64,000 nucleotides of DNA from Octopus sinensis. Taxonomy: Eukaryota. This document shows, one piece after another, positions 37,500 to 49,560 of this stretch. The notes beneath the pieces were generated by a model. The model was not told the DNA's origin and ran no database searches. It saw nothing but the letters and a program-made list of their open reading frames with translations. The position numbers and the translations under genes are program-made. Location of the stretch: contig NW_021832971.1 in assembly GCF_006345805.1 (NCBI RefSeq), positions 1 through 64,000 of the forward strand, written 5' to 3'. Position 1 is the first letter of the stretch. Each line of letters starts with the position of its first letter.

Positions 37500-37760
37500 T
37501 GCAATTAATTATACGCTCTTCGAGTTAATTGAACGATACATAATTATGATTAAATAATATTTCCTTAAATTCATTATTACACAATAAACAAGTATTACTC
37601 CCTATACAATATGATTTTGCCTTACAAACTTTCTCCCAAGTTAATTTATAGTTAATACATTTAGATCTAAGTTCCCAAATAAGTTTACTGAGGCCTGTTG
37701 AATTAATTAGATTTCTATTCCTGAAAGAATACATGAGTTGAGCCACTCTTAATTTATTTT
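37500..37760 (-). mobile_element. Penelope-like element GIY-YIG endonuclease C-terminal remnant
   Basis: SFRNRNLINSTGLSKLIWELRSKCINYKLTWEKVCKAKSYCIGSNTCLLCNNE matches the T.LSK.IW.LK...W....A..Y....C.LC..E tail of PLE endonucleases. Confidence 0.7.
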
Positions 37761-38131
37761 GAAGGATATTCCTATAGCATCTAGAAAGGAATATATTTTA
37801 AAACTTATTGAAGATTTTATTACTAGGATTAAATGGAAATCCTACTATAATAGTTGTAACATATCTAACATTAATTATGTAGAGAATAATAATAATATTA
37901 AGTCAAAGTTTAAATCTACGTAAGAACCCCTATATAATAGAGAAATACAGGTTTTAGAGTACAATATTTGGAAGGTAGTGAAAACTATGGTCCACTGATG
38001 GATGATAACAGCATTCTGCAACATGATGCGAAAGAAAAACTGAAAAAACCTCCAGAAGCACTGCAGAAACAATACTGCTCTGTCTTTAGAGTGAAGTTAC
38101 CTGATTATTATTATACTAAAATCCATCTTAC

Positions 38132-38244
38132 CTTTGCAGAAATCTCAGCAACCTTCGTTTGTGTCTCAGCATTATTAAGGTCCGAATATATAGCTTTGTA
38201 TTCCTCATTCAAGTGCATTTCTACATTGACCAAACTAGTAACAC
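38132..38244 (-). CDS. Mucin-like gene, exon encoding the N-terminal part of SEA domain 2 (G-VTSLVNVEMHLNEEYKAIYSDLNNAETQTKVAEISAK)
   Basis: ttcttctacag|GT GTT...GCA AAG|gtaaga; 113 nt, phase 1 to 0. SEA-like strand/helix pattern. An alternative in-frame acceptor lies 27 nt upstream (exon start 38271). Confidence 0.8.
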
Positions 38245-38295
38245 CTGTAGAAGAAATGACAGTGTGACACTCTGTAAAATTCTTGGCCTTTAATT

Positions 38296-38303
38296 ATCAT
38301 TAC

Positions 38304-38360
<57 letters not shown>

Positions 38361-38366
38361 CATTAC

Positions 38367-38423
<57 letters not shown>

Positions 38424-38515
38424 CAATATTATTATTATTATTATTATTATTATATTATTATTATTATTATTATTATCATAATTAGTATTATTATTATTAT
38501 TATTTTTATTATTAT
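38296..38515. repeat. (TAT)n microsatellite
   Basis: Directly visible. Confidence 0.97.
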
Positions 38516-39027
38516 TCTGTGAATTAACGTATTACATATAATTTACTTAGTGAAATAGTTCTGTAAATCTAAATATTATCTCATAGTTAGGAGTTTTATT
38601 TTTTACGTAGTATTAGATTAAACAAATGCTTTAATTATTAATTGATAGCCTGGTTAATTCTATAAGTGAGTGTAATATAAAGAATATATTGTATTTTGTA
38701 AAATTACGTATTTTTATATCTATTTATATTTTCTTACATGATTATATACCTAAATTTATATATTTAATGGTTTTATTGTTATCTTGAACACGAAGAATGA
38801 CTATATTTATATTGAACTGATTTTACTGTCATTAGTTTGAAAATATAGCCACGAAACACGTGTAGTCATTTTGCCAATTATATTCTTTTTATTTATTATT
38901 TTATACGTTACTTAATTATTGGTGTATGTATTTATTGTATTTCTAATGTTTTCTATATGGCATAATTTAATTATAATACTTTTATTTCATTGTTGAATTC
39001 ATAAAAGGTGGTTCTTCTTTAATTTAT

Positions 39028-39110
<83 letters not shown>

Positions 39111-39382
39111 TATATACATATATATATACATAAATATATTACGTATATATATACACATGTATATATACGTATATATATATATATGTAAGTATATGTATAT
39201 GAAAATTTTCTTTCCGTTATCATAAAACTATTGTTACAAATGATGCAATGAACGCAGGACTATGCTCCTGAAAGTAAGGTGCATGTGGCGGCGTTCTCTC
39301 ACACAATTTGCCGTCGGAGATACAACTCACCACCTAATAATCGTGTTCCGAAAACACAAACCAGTGATCTGGTACATTAGGG

Positions 39383-39390
39383 ATAGATAT

Positions 39391-39466
<76 letters not shown>

Positions 39467-39468
39467 AC

Positions 39469-39538
<70 letters not shown>

Positions 39539-39540
39539 AC

Positions 39541-39599
<59 letters not shown>

Positions 39600-39600
39600 C

Positions 39601-39645
<45 letters not shown>
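39383..39645. repeat. (GATA)n tract at the 3' junction of the Tx1 element
   Basis: Directly visible. Confidence 0.97.
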
Positions 39646-41571
39646 TGTTTCTTTATTAGCCACACAGGGCTGCACACAGATAGAACAAATTACAAGGTAG
39701 AGCTTTTCTTTTGAAGATAAAAAAAAGGGGGGGTGTTCGATCAAAAGGGATCGTAAAAGGAGAGAAAGAGGACAAAAAAGGGGGGTTAAAAAAAGGGGGA
39801 GAAGAAAAAATTGATCAATATGGATCGTTATCACAGAAGTGTCAATATGAAGTGTAAAGGGGAGGACAGGTGAGGTTTACCCGTGGAAAGAAAAGCCTAC
39901 GGAAAAGACCACGGTAACCTCGGTCAATGAAGTCACATGTTATATTTATTTCTTTTATTTTTTTTTTTTTGCAAATAAGCAACTCTCTGTATTAATTTTT
40001 ATGGTTCATAGAATCATAGTCAAGGTGGCTTCGTCATTCATACGTGCCATCCTTGCTACATTCACCCATCTTTTTTTAAAACATTCACTAGACAAAACCT
40101 GCCTCTCTACTCTCACTTTCCTCCTCAACAGATACATTCTTTCGCCATAGCCACAAGTATGATAAAAATAGCTCTTCCTTCCCGTTTGAAGGAAGGAGGC
40201 GTGACGATATTAACGATAGACTCGGCTGGTAAACCGACACGTGACAGCAGTCGTTCGACATAAGCCCACAGGTGGGAAATTGCTGGACACTGCACGATTG
40301 CGTGCAGAGCGGTTTCGTCGCTCTGCCCACATCTCGGGCAGGTCGGCCCCGTGTTTCTCGAGCCATGCCTATAGAGCTTATCCCGAACGGGTAGCGCTTC
40401 TCGGTAGCACCGCCAGGCCAGGGATCTCTGGAAGTTGTCCATAGGTCCCGGGCCGAAAGTCGTTTGAAACAGGCGGGTCAGGTATTCCTCGTCGACGCTC
40501 AGGTTTGCCCCGAGCTCGTCGTCGTACCTCCCCTCCACTAAGCCCCTATAGAATGCTTTGGTTGTGTTGAAGTCACTTAAGGTCGACCCAGGACGGCAGA
40601 GTTGCTTGAGAGCAACGCGACACTCGCGGTGCCATTCGCCCTTCCTCGGCTCTTTTTGATCCACGACTGCAGTTCGGTCATGGAGACGAGCTGCGGAAAG
40701 CGTGCCTCACAAACGGCGACCACACCTGTTCACCATCGTCTACATAGAGCCAGAGATGTCGCAGTCTCAGCGCGTGTCTGCGCATCATCAACCACGGCAT
40801 GCCCAGCCCTCCTTTTAACGGGTGTTGACAGCAAATGGATCGCCTGACCATCGGGACGCATCCTTTCCACAAGAAGCGAAAGAGAATGCGTTGTAGTTTG
40901 GTGATGGTAGGGTCGGGACAAGGTACGACGGTCAGGCGGTAGTAGATGACGAACGCGATGTACGTGTTCGCCACCTCCGCTCGACCTTTTAGGGACAGTT
41001 TCCTCTCGGCCCATTGCCGGCGAGAGTGACCACCCTACTCGTTATCTCGTTCCAGTTCTTCTCCACTTGGAGGTCCGGACCAAACCAGACCCCGAGCAAC
41101 TCAACCGGGCCGTCGGTCCAGCGTCCCACGACGGAGGCGCTGGTGGACGGCATGGGCTTGCTTCTCCAGGTGCCTAGTCGCAAGCCCACTGACTTTTCCC
41201 GGTTGATTTTCGCTCCTGTCACCGCTTTGTAGTTTTTCAGTGTCTCGCCGACCAGCTCGATGTGCTCGTGGCTAGACACTATGACGGTGACGTCGTCCGC
41301 GTATGCAGACACGCTCGTCCCGCATCCCAATTCTCGGGGGATGCCCCTTATTGTCGCCAGCTTCCGCAGTAGTGGCTCAAGAGTCAATACGTATAGAAGC
41401 GCCGAGAGGGGGCATCCCTGACGGACCGAACGTGCAATGTCGAAAGGTCTCGATAGATGTCCATTTACGCGAATTAAATGGACATCTATCGAGACCTTTC
41501 GACATTGCACGTTCGGTCCGTCAGGGATGCCCCCTCTCGGCGCTTCTATACGTATTGACTCTTGAGCCACT

Positions 41572-41572
<1 letters not shown>
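39646..41572 (-). mobile_element. 5'-truncated Tx1/L1-clade LINE inserted in a (GATA)n microsatellite
   Basis: RT motifs [16 protein letters not shown] and AYADDVTV; C-terminal CPRCGQSDETALHAIVQC zinc-knuckle. The 3' end ...gctAATAAAgaaacat runs directly into (ATCT)n, and (GATA)n lies at both junctions. Confidence 0.9.
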
Positions 41573-41648
<76 letters not shown>

Positions 41649-41665
41649 CAGATAGATAGATAGAC

Positions 41666-41709
<44 letters not shown>

Positions 41710-41765
41710 TGATAGATAGATAGATAGATAGATAGATTGATAGATAGATAGATAGATAGACAGAC

Positions 41766-41857
<92 letters not shown>
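41573..41857. repeat. (GATA)n tract at the 5' junction of the Tx1 element
   Basis: Directly visible. Confidence 0.97.
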
Positions 41858-42972
41858 TACAAATGTGGAGAATAATAGTATTTTCAAATCTACATATGTG
41901 TGTTTTCTAAAGAATTTAATTTTCGATCTGATGTGATGGTCGGAATCATAGAGCAAAGGATATCGACACAACACACACACACACACACACATACACACAC
42001 ACTCAAACAGAAACACACAGACACACATACATATATATAAATATATGTATGTATGCATAAATACGTGTGTGTTTACATATATATATAAAACGGCAGAGAG
42101 ACAGAGAGAGAGAAGGAGCGAAAGACGGAGCAAATAATATAAGTGTTTATGAATATTATTATATATGTATGTTATCATTATATATGTCTAAGTATATAAT
42201 TATACGGTGGCAAGGATCCTCTAAATTCACGCCATGCAATACTGATGATTATGATGCACTACAGAAAAGGAGACGAGACCATTACACAGGACGCTCCTCT
42301 GTCGTCCAATAAAAACTTACCTCCAGTTCTCGCCTCTATTAACGTTTAGTGCAGAAGCGATCAACTACAACAAATGTAATACCTTTCCAAAGACATTTAA
42401 AGCACCGACTGCTGCCAGAATGGAGCAGATCAACAAAAGATCAACAGTTGATCAGAAAAATATCGCCAAAGGTAAAAGCAAATACTCAAACACACCGACA
42501 GAGCAATACTTAGGAAGAAATGCACGGAGTTACCTGTTCAGTCCCCTTCGGCAGGCAAAGCTTCGTACTTCTATTATTGCAGTGAACTGAATAAGCGATT
42601 CAGTAATGATTCTTACTTGGATATTATGGAGACTACTAGATGTATTCATGTAGCTATTAGTGTCTATGTATTAAGAGACCAGTGTTTACCTGTATCTAAT
42701 TGTAATACTGTGTTTTTGGAAATGGGTTTCATTCAACATCATTATGCATGTCACAACCTCAATATTTACGATAATAGTTACGTTGAAAAACAATTCCATT
42801 CTGTATTTCCAGCCAAGGCGATTTCACGTCGACACGATCGTTCATGTTTCACATTCTTCGAGATTGAATCAAGCAAGACACACCAATCGATGTCAGGATG
42901 TGAGAGATGTCAGAATCTGATCGTTGCAAAAAGAATTTGGAGAGAAGATGTTGCAGAGACTAAAACACTTAC

Positions 42973-45900
42973 CTGTTGTCGTTGGTTCTTCAGTTGTGAC
43001 TGTTGTTGTTGGTTCTTCAGTTGTTACTGTTGTTGTTGGTTCTTCAGTTGTGACTGTTGTCGTTGGTGCTGCGCTGCTGCTACTGCTTGGTTGTTCCGTT
43101 GTTGTTGTTGTCGGTGGTTGCTCAGTTATTGCTTTTGTTGGTCTCACATTTGCTGTTCTTGATTGACCAATTGTTGTTGTTGGTTCTTCAGTTGTGACTG
43201 TTGTTGTTGGTTCTTCAGTTGTGACTGTTGTTGTTGGTCCTTCAGTTGTGACTGTCGTTGTTCGTCCTTCAGTTGTGACTGTCGTTGTTGGTTCTTCAGT
43301 TATGACTGTTGTTGTTGGTTCTTCAGTTGTGACTGTTGTTGTTGGTCCTTCAGCTGTGACTGTTGTTGTTGGTCCTTCAGTTGTGACTGTTGTTGTTGGT
43401 CCGTCAGTTGTGACTGTTGTTGTTGGTTCTTCAGTTGTGGCTGCTGTTGTTAGTTCTTCAGTTGTGACTGTTGTTGGTTCTTCAGTTGTGACTGTTGTTG
43501 GTTCTTCAGTTGTGACTGTTGTTGGTTCTTCAGTTGTTACTGTTGTTGTTGGTCCTTCAGTTGTTACTGTTGTTGTTGGTTCTTCACTTGTGGCTGTTGT
43601 TGTTGGTCCTTCAGTTGTGACTGTCGTTGATTCTTCAGTTGTGGCTGCTGTTGTTGATTCTTCAGTTGTGACTGTTGTTGGTTCTTCAGTTGTTACTGTT
43701 GTTGTTGGTTCTTCAGTTGTTACTGTTGTTGTTGGTTCTTCAGTTGTGGCTGTTGTTGTTGGTTCTTCAGTTGTGACTGTTGTTGTTGGTTCTTCACTTG
43801 TGGCTGTTGTTGTTGGTCCTTCAGCTGTGACTGTCGTTGGTTCTTCAGTTGTGACTGTTGTTGGTTCTTCATTTGTGACTGTTGTTGTTAGTTCTTCAGT
43901 TGTGACTGTTGTTGTTGGTCCCTCAGTTGAAGCTGTTGTTGTTGGTTCTTCGGTTGTTACAGTTATTGTTGGTTCTTCAGTTGTGGCTGCTGTTGTTGGT
44001 TCTTCTATTGTGACTGTTGTTGTTGGTTCTTCAGTTGTGGCTGTTGTTGTTGGTTCTTCAGTTGTGGCTGTTGTTCTTAGTTCTTCTATTGTGACTGCTG
44101 TTGATGATTCTTCAGTTGCGACTGCTGTTGATGATTCTTCAATTGTAACTGTTGTTGTTGGTTCTTCAGTTGTGACTGTTGTTGTTGGCTCTTCAGTTGT
44201 GACTGTTGTTGTTGGTTCTTCAGTTGTGACTGCTGTTGTCGGTTCTTCAGTTGTGACTGTTGTTGTTGGCTCTTCAGTTGTGACTGTTGTTGTTGGTTCT
44301 TCAGTTGTGGCTGCTGTTGTTGGTTCTTCTATTGTGACTGTTGTTGTTGGTTCTTCAGTTGTGGCTGTTGTTCTTAGTTCTTCTATTGTGACTGCTGTTG
44401 ATGATTCTTCAGTTGCGACTGCTGTTGATGATTCTTCAATTGTAACTGTTGTTGTTGGTTCTTCAGTTGTGACTGTTGTTGTTGGCTCTTCATTTGTGAC
44501 AGTTGTAGTTGGTTCTTCAGTTGTGACTGTTGTTGTTGGTTCTTCAGTTGTGACTGTTGTTGTCGGTTCTTCAGTTGTGACTGTTGTTGTTGGCTCTTCA
44601 GTTGTGACTGTTGTTGTTGGTTCTTCAGTTGTGGCTGTTGTTGTTGGTTCTTCAGTTGTGGCTGTTGTTCTTAGTTCTTCTATTGTGACTGCTGTTGATG
44701 ATTCTTCAGTTGCGACTGCTGTTGATGATTCTTCAATTGTAACTGTTGTTGTTGGTTCTTCAGTTGTGACTGTTGTTGTTGGCTCTTCAGTTGTGACTGT
44801 TGTTATTGGTTCTTCAGTTGTGACTGCTGTTGTCGGTTCTTCAGTTGTGACTGTTGTTTTTGGCTCTTCAGTTGTGACTGTTGTTGTTGGTTCTTCAGTT
44901 GTGGCTGCTGTTGTTGGTTCTTCTATTGTGACTGTTGTTGTTGGTTCTTCAGTTGTGGCTGTTGTTGTTGGTTCTTCAGTTGTGGCTGTTGTTCTTAGTT
45001 CTTCTATTGTGACTGCTGTTGATGATTCTTCAGTTGCGACTGCTGTTGATGATTCTTCAATTGTAACTGTTGTTGTTGGTTCTTCAGTTGTGACTGTTGT
45101 TGTTGGCTCTTCATTTGTGACAGTTGTATGTAGTGGTCTTCAGTTGTGACTGTTGTTGTTGGTCTTCAGTTGTGACTGTTGTTGTCGGTTCTTCAGTTGT
45201 GACTGTTGTTGTTGGCTCTTCAGTTGTGACTGTTGTTGTTGGTTCTTCAGTTGTGGCTGTTGTTGTTGGTTCTTCAGTTGTGGCTGTTGTTCTTAGTTCT
45301 TCTATTGTGACTGCTGTTGATGATTCTTCGGTTGCGACTGCTGTTGATGATTCTTCAATTGTAACTGTTGTTGTTGGTTCTTCAGTTGTGACTGTTGTTG
45401 TTGGTTCTTCAGTTGTGACTGCTGTTGTCGGTTCTTCAGTTGTGACTGTTGTTGTTGGCTCTTCAGTTGTGACTGTTGTTGTTGGTTCTTCAGTTGTAAC
45501 TGTTGCCGTTGGTTCTTCAGTTGTGACTGTTGTTGGTTCTTCAGTCGTAACAGTTGTTGTTGGTTCTTCAGCTGTGACTGTTGTTGAAGGTTCTTCAGTT
45601 GTGACTGTTGTTGTTGGTTCTTCAGTTGTAACTGTTGTTGTTGGCTCTTCAGTTGTGACTGTTGTTGGTTCTTCAGTTGCGACTGTTGTTGTTGGTTCTT
45701 CAGTTGTAACAGTTGTTGTTGGTTCTTCACTTGTGACTGTTGTTGTTGGTTCTTCAGTTGCGACTGTTGTTGTTGGATCTTCAGTTGAAACTGTTGTTGT
45801 TCGTTCTTCACTTGTGACTGTTGTTGTTTGTTCTTCAGTTGTGACTGTTGTTGTTGGTTCTTCAGTTGTAACTGTTGTTGTTGGTTCTTTACTTGTGACA

Positions 45901-47101
45901 GTTGTTGTTGGTTCTTTAGCCTTCGGTGTTGTTATTGGTTCTTTAGCCTTTGGTGTTGTTATTGGTTCTTTAGCCTTTGGTGTTGTTATTGGTTCTTTAG
46001 CCTTTGGTGTTGTTATTGGTTCTTTAGATTTTGGTGTTGTTATTGGTTGTTTAGCCTTTGGTGTTGTTATTGGTTGTTTAGCCTTTGGTGTTGTTATTGG
46101 ATCTTTAGCCTTTGGTGTTGTTATTGGTTCTTTAGCCTTTGGTGTTGTTATTGGTTCTTTAGCCTTTGGTGTTGTTATTGGTTCTTTAGCCTTTGGTGTT
46201 GTTATTGGTTCTTTAGCCTTTCCTGTTGTTATTGGTTCTTTAGACTTTGGTGTTGTTATTGGTTCTTTAGCCTTTGGTGTTGTTATTGGTTCTTTAGCCT
46301 TTGGTGTTGTTATTGGTTCTTTAGCCTTTGGTGTTGTTATTGGTTCTTTAGACTTTGGTGTTGTTATTGGTTCTTTAGCCTTTGGTGTTGTTATTGGTTC
46401 TTTAGCCTTTGGTGTTGTTTTTGGTTCTTTAGCCTTTGGTGTTATTATTGGTTCTTTAGCCTTTGGTGTTGTTTTTGGTTCTTTAGCCTTTGGTGTTGTT
46501 TTTGGTTCTTTAGCCTTTGGTGTTGTTATTGGTTCTTTAGCCTTTGGTGTTGTTATTGGTTCTTTAGCCTTTGGTGTTGTTATTGGTTCTTTAGACTTTG
46601 GTGTTGTTATTGGTTCTTTAGCCTTTGGTGTTGTTATTGGTACTTTAGACTTTGGTGTTGTTATTGGTTCTTTAGACTTTTCTGTTGTTATTGGTTCTTT
46701 AGACTTTGGTGTTGTTATTGGTTCTTTAGCCTTTGGTGTTGTTATTGGTTCTTTAGCCTTTGGTGTTGTTATTGGTTCTTTAGCATTTACTGTTGTTGTT
46801 GTTCCTTTGGTTGTTACTCTTGTTGTTTCTGGTTCCTTGGTTTTTCGTGTTGTAGGTTTTTCAACCTTTGCTGTTGTTGGTACTGTTGTTACTGAAGTTG
46901 TTGGTTGTTCAGTTGTTGCTTCTGTTCCTGTTTGATCTCTGGTTGCTCTCCCTGGTGTTGGCTTGTTTGTCTTGTTTTCTTGTTCTCTTGTTGTGTTTTG
47001 TTCACTTGTTTTTGTGTCTTTTACTCTTGTTGTTCCTAGTGCAGTTGCTTTCGTTGGTCGTGTAGTTGTTGTTCTTGTCTCTCTACTTGAATTGTCTTTT
47101 C
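42973..47101 (-). CDS. Mucin-like gene, large PTS exon: unique T/K/E-rich leader, ~33x TTPKAKEPI, ~100x TTVTTEEPT-type repeats
   Basis: ttctag|GA AAA GAC AAT TCA... to ...ACA ACA G|gtaagt, phase 1 to 1. Length 4129 = 3n+1; the extra base is accounted for by a local +2/-1 glitch at ~45125-45165, otherwise the frame appears open (1376 codons once corrected). Confidence 0.85.
43170..45909 (-). repeat. 27/24-bp coding minisatellite encoding TTVTTEEPT variants, with a 297-bp higher-order unit
   Basis: Plus-strand unit ggttcttcagttgtgactgttgttgtt. The variant block gttcttagttcttctattgtg recurs at 44073, 44370, 44667, 44991 and 45289. Confidence 0.95.
45910..46785 (-). repeat. Second array of the same 27-bp TTPKAKEPI unit, ~32-33 copies
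   Basis: Directly visible. Confidence 0.95.
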
Positions 47102-47469
47102 CTAGAATAGGAACAAATTCAGAAACTTAATTGATATATTTTGTGTTTCTACGTTTGTGTTTTTCCCCTATATTTTACTATTCTCCATAATAATTCTACC
47201 TTCTGTATCTTTGCTCTACGTTAAGGAAGATATTTTATGCACTTTTTGCATTGTATCCCCTTGCTTACCTATACCATGTAGGCGTACTTTGTAGCAGGGA
47301 CTGTTTCCAGTTCGTTTTATTTCCATATATACGCATTATATGTGTGTTTGCGTGTGTATGCGTGTTTATGTATGTTTGTGTGTTTGCCTGTGTGTATAGA
47401 TCGATAAATAAATATAGATAGTTATACATTCATTTACGTAGACAAGCAAACACATGGATAGATAGTTAA

Positions 47470-47579
<110 letters not shown>

Positions 47580-49560
47580 TGACAGACAGTCAGACACGCA
47601 GGCAGACGGGCAAACAGAGAGACAGATGTGCTTTCGGAACATGAATGTAATTTTTAAGTTCACCATGCAAAAACGCTACAGAATCTTATGTCATGGCGTC
47701 AGAATACTTACTGATAAACTTGTATGAACCGAGCATCTTTTTCGATTTTCCAGTGGACCACGAGGGCAGGCAATTTAAATGAACCGAGAAGCTCATGATT
47801 ATCCTCTTTTTCCACAATTATGGCATCATGTACATCCATTTTCTTCTCACTGGCGAGACGTTCACCAAAGAGTGATTTGTGTAGCTTTTCAAGACTTTCA
47901 GGAAATAACTTCATCGTTCAAAGCCCGGGCTCTTCCACTCGTTTAGGTGGCAACTACACTAAGACAATGTACTAGTCAACAATTCCAACCTACTAACCAA
48001 ATTCTTGACAGAGATGAGCATCAAAACTTCGCTCAACGTCTACCACGATCGCCAAGCTGAAGGAGGATCTCAGGAGATACGCTTTGAAGGCGTACAAACA
48101 TGGAAGGCTGTGACAAGTGTCCTGGATATTTTAACATTGGATTTCTATCGGCTCTTCAGGAATTGGCTGCAGCGCCACAAAGGGTGTATCGAACCTGGTG
48201 GGGGGGCCCTACTTTGCAATAGATTATACTATATGTACTTGTTTGAAATTTATATATGTTAGAAAGTGTTTCAAAACTTCTTTAATGCACCTCGTGTGTA
48301 TATATATATATATATGCATGCATGTATGTATGTATGTATGTATGTATGTATGTATGTATGTATGTATGTATGTATGTATGTATGTATGTATGTATGTATA
48401 GTTGAAATTTACAGAGAGACAAAAGACGAAGACTGGTGTATGAACTACAAGCATGTGCATTAGTTTGATGCTCGGGAATGTGATCAAGTCTCTTATGTTT
48501 CTTCAACAAAAAGTAATAAGAGAAAATAAACAGAGGGGAATAAAAATAAACTTGGGGATTTAGTGGTCAAGTATGGCGAATGGTTAGAAAAAAAGTTTTG
48601 ACATGAGTGGTTGAAAGAAGGGGAGATAATAAAGTATTGGTGATCTCAAAATGGAGGTGTGCGTGTGTGCGTTTATGTGAGACTGTGTAAGAGTGTGGTT
48701 AGGGGCAACTGGCTTTGACGTGTGTGAATGTCTGCGTGTATAAATGTGTGCCTCTGTAACGTGTGTGTGTGTGTGTGTGTGTGTGAATGATGATGTGTGA
48801 GTGTGCGGATGATGATGTGTGGTATGGTTTCTGGGAAGTGGTCAGTGCTAGTGTGTGTGGAGAGGTGTAGGATGGTGTGATGTGATGTGGTGGTGTGGGA
48901 TGTGGTGGGGTGTGGTGAGCTGGAGTGTGTTCAGTGTTTTGTGGGGGGATGTGCGTATGGTGTGGGGGTGCAGATGGGGACGTGGGTGTGGGATGGAAGT
49001 ATGGGTAGGATTGTAGGATACATACATATATATATTTATAATTTAAAAATAAGATAAAATCTTCATAAGAATTTATCAAGTAGTTAGCGTGAAAAACCTC
49101 ATAAGAGAAAAATCCTTTATTTTAGTAGTTTTGACTTTGAAAGTCCCTCCTAGCGTGTGGCATTTATGTGTAATAATGCCCTCTATATAATATATATATT
49201 TATATGTATATGTTTTTAGGAATTAGAAACCTTAAATACCTTTGCGAGTATTGACCTAATTTAAGAGAGTAGGTAGCAAAAATTGCCTTACTGGCAACGG
49301 TAAAACGTTCAAGAGATGTAGCACTATTTTTTAGCAACGCTAATACCATACAAGAGAATAATTTCGGTTGAGCTTATACTCTATATTCAGATGATATCTG
49401 ACCAACAGTAAAATTAGACCCTGATGAAGTTGCACCGATAATTAAAACCAAGATACGCACTTCGCCATGTGCACTGGTGGCAGTGGAAACGTGCGTAGGT
49501 CCTGACAAAGAAACATGTGATTACTATTTTCTACTTTGGGGATGAGGAATTATATACATC

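Noticed and set aside
23663-46935. Long plus-strand ORFs (GVVIGSLAF, WCCYWFFSL and VVTVVVGSS repeats, up to 660 aa)
   Set aside because: They are antisense frames of the coding minisatellites. The splice sites, SEA exons and T/P/K/E-rich mucin reading are all on the minus strand.
47708-47914. 68-aa ORF ending at a consensus-like donor (CA|gtaagt at 47712) as a mucin exon
   Set aside because: In the phase-1 frame needed to join 47101 there is a stop upstream and no phase-compatible acceptor; there is no recognisable homology.
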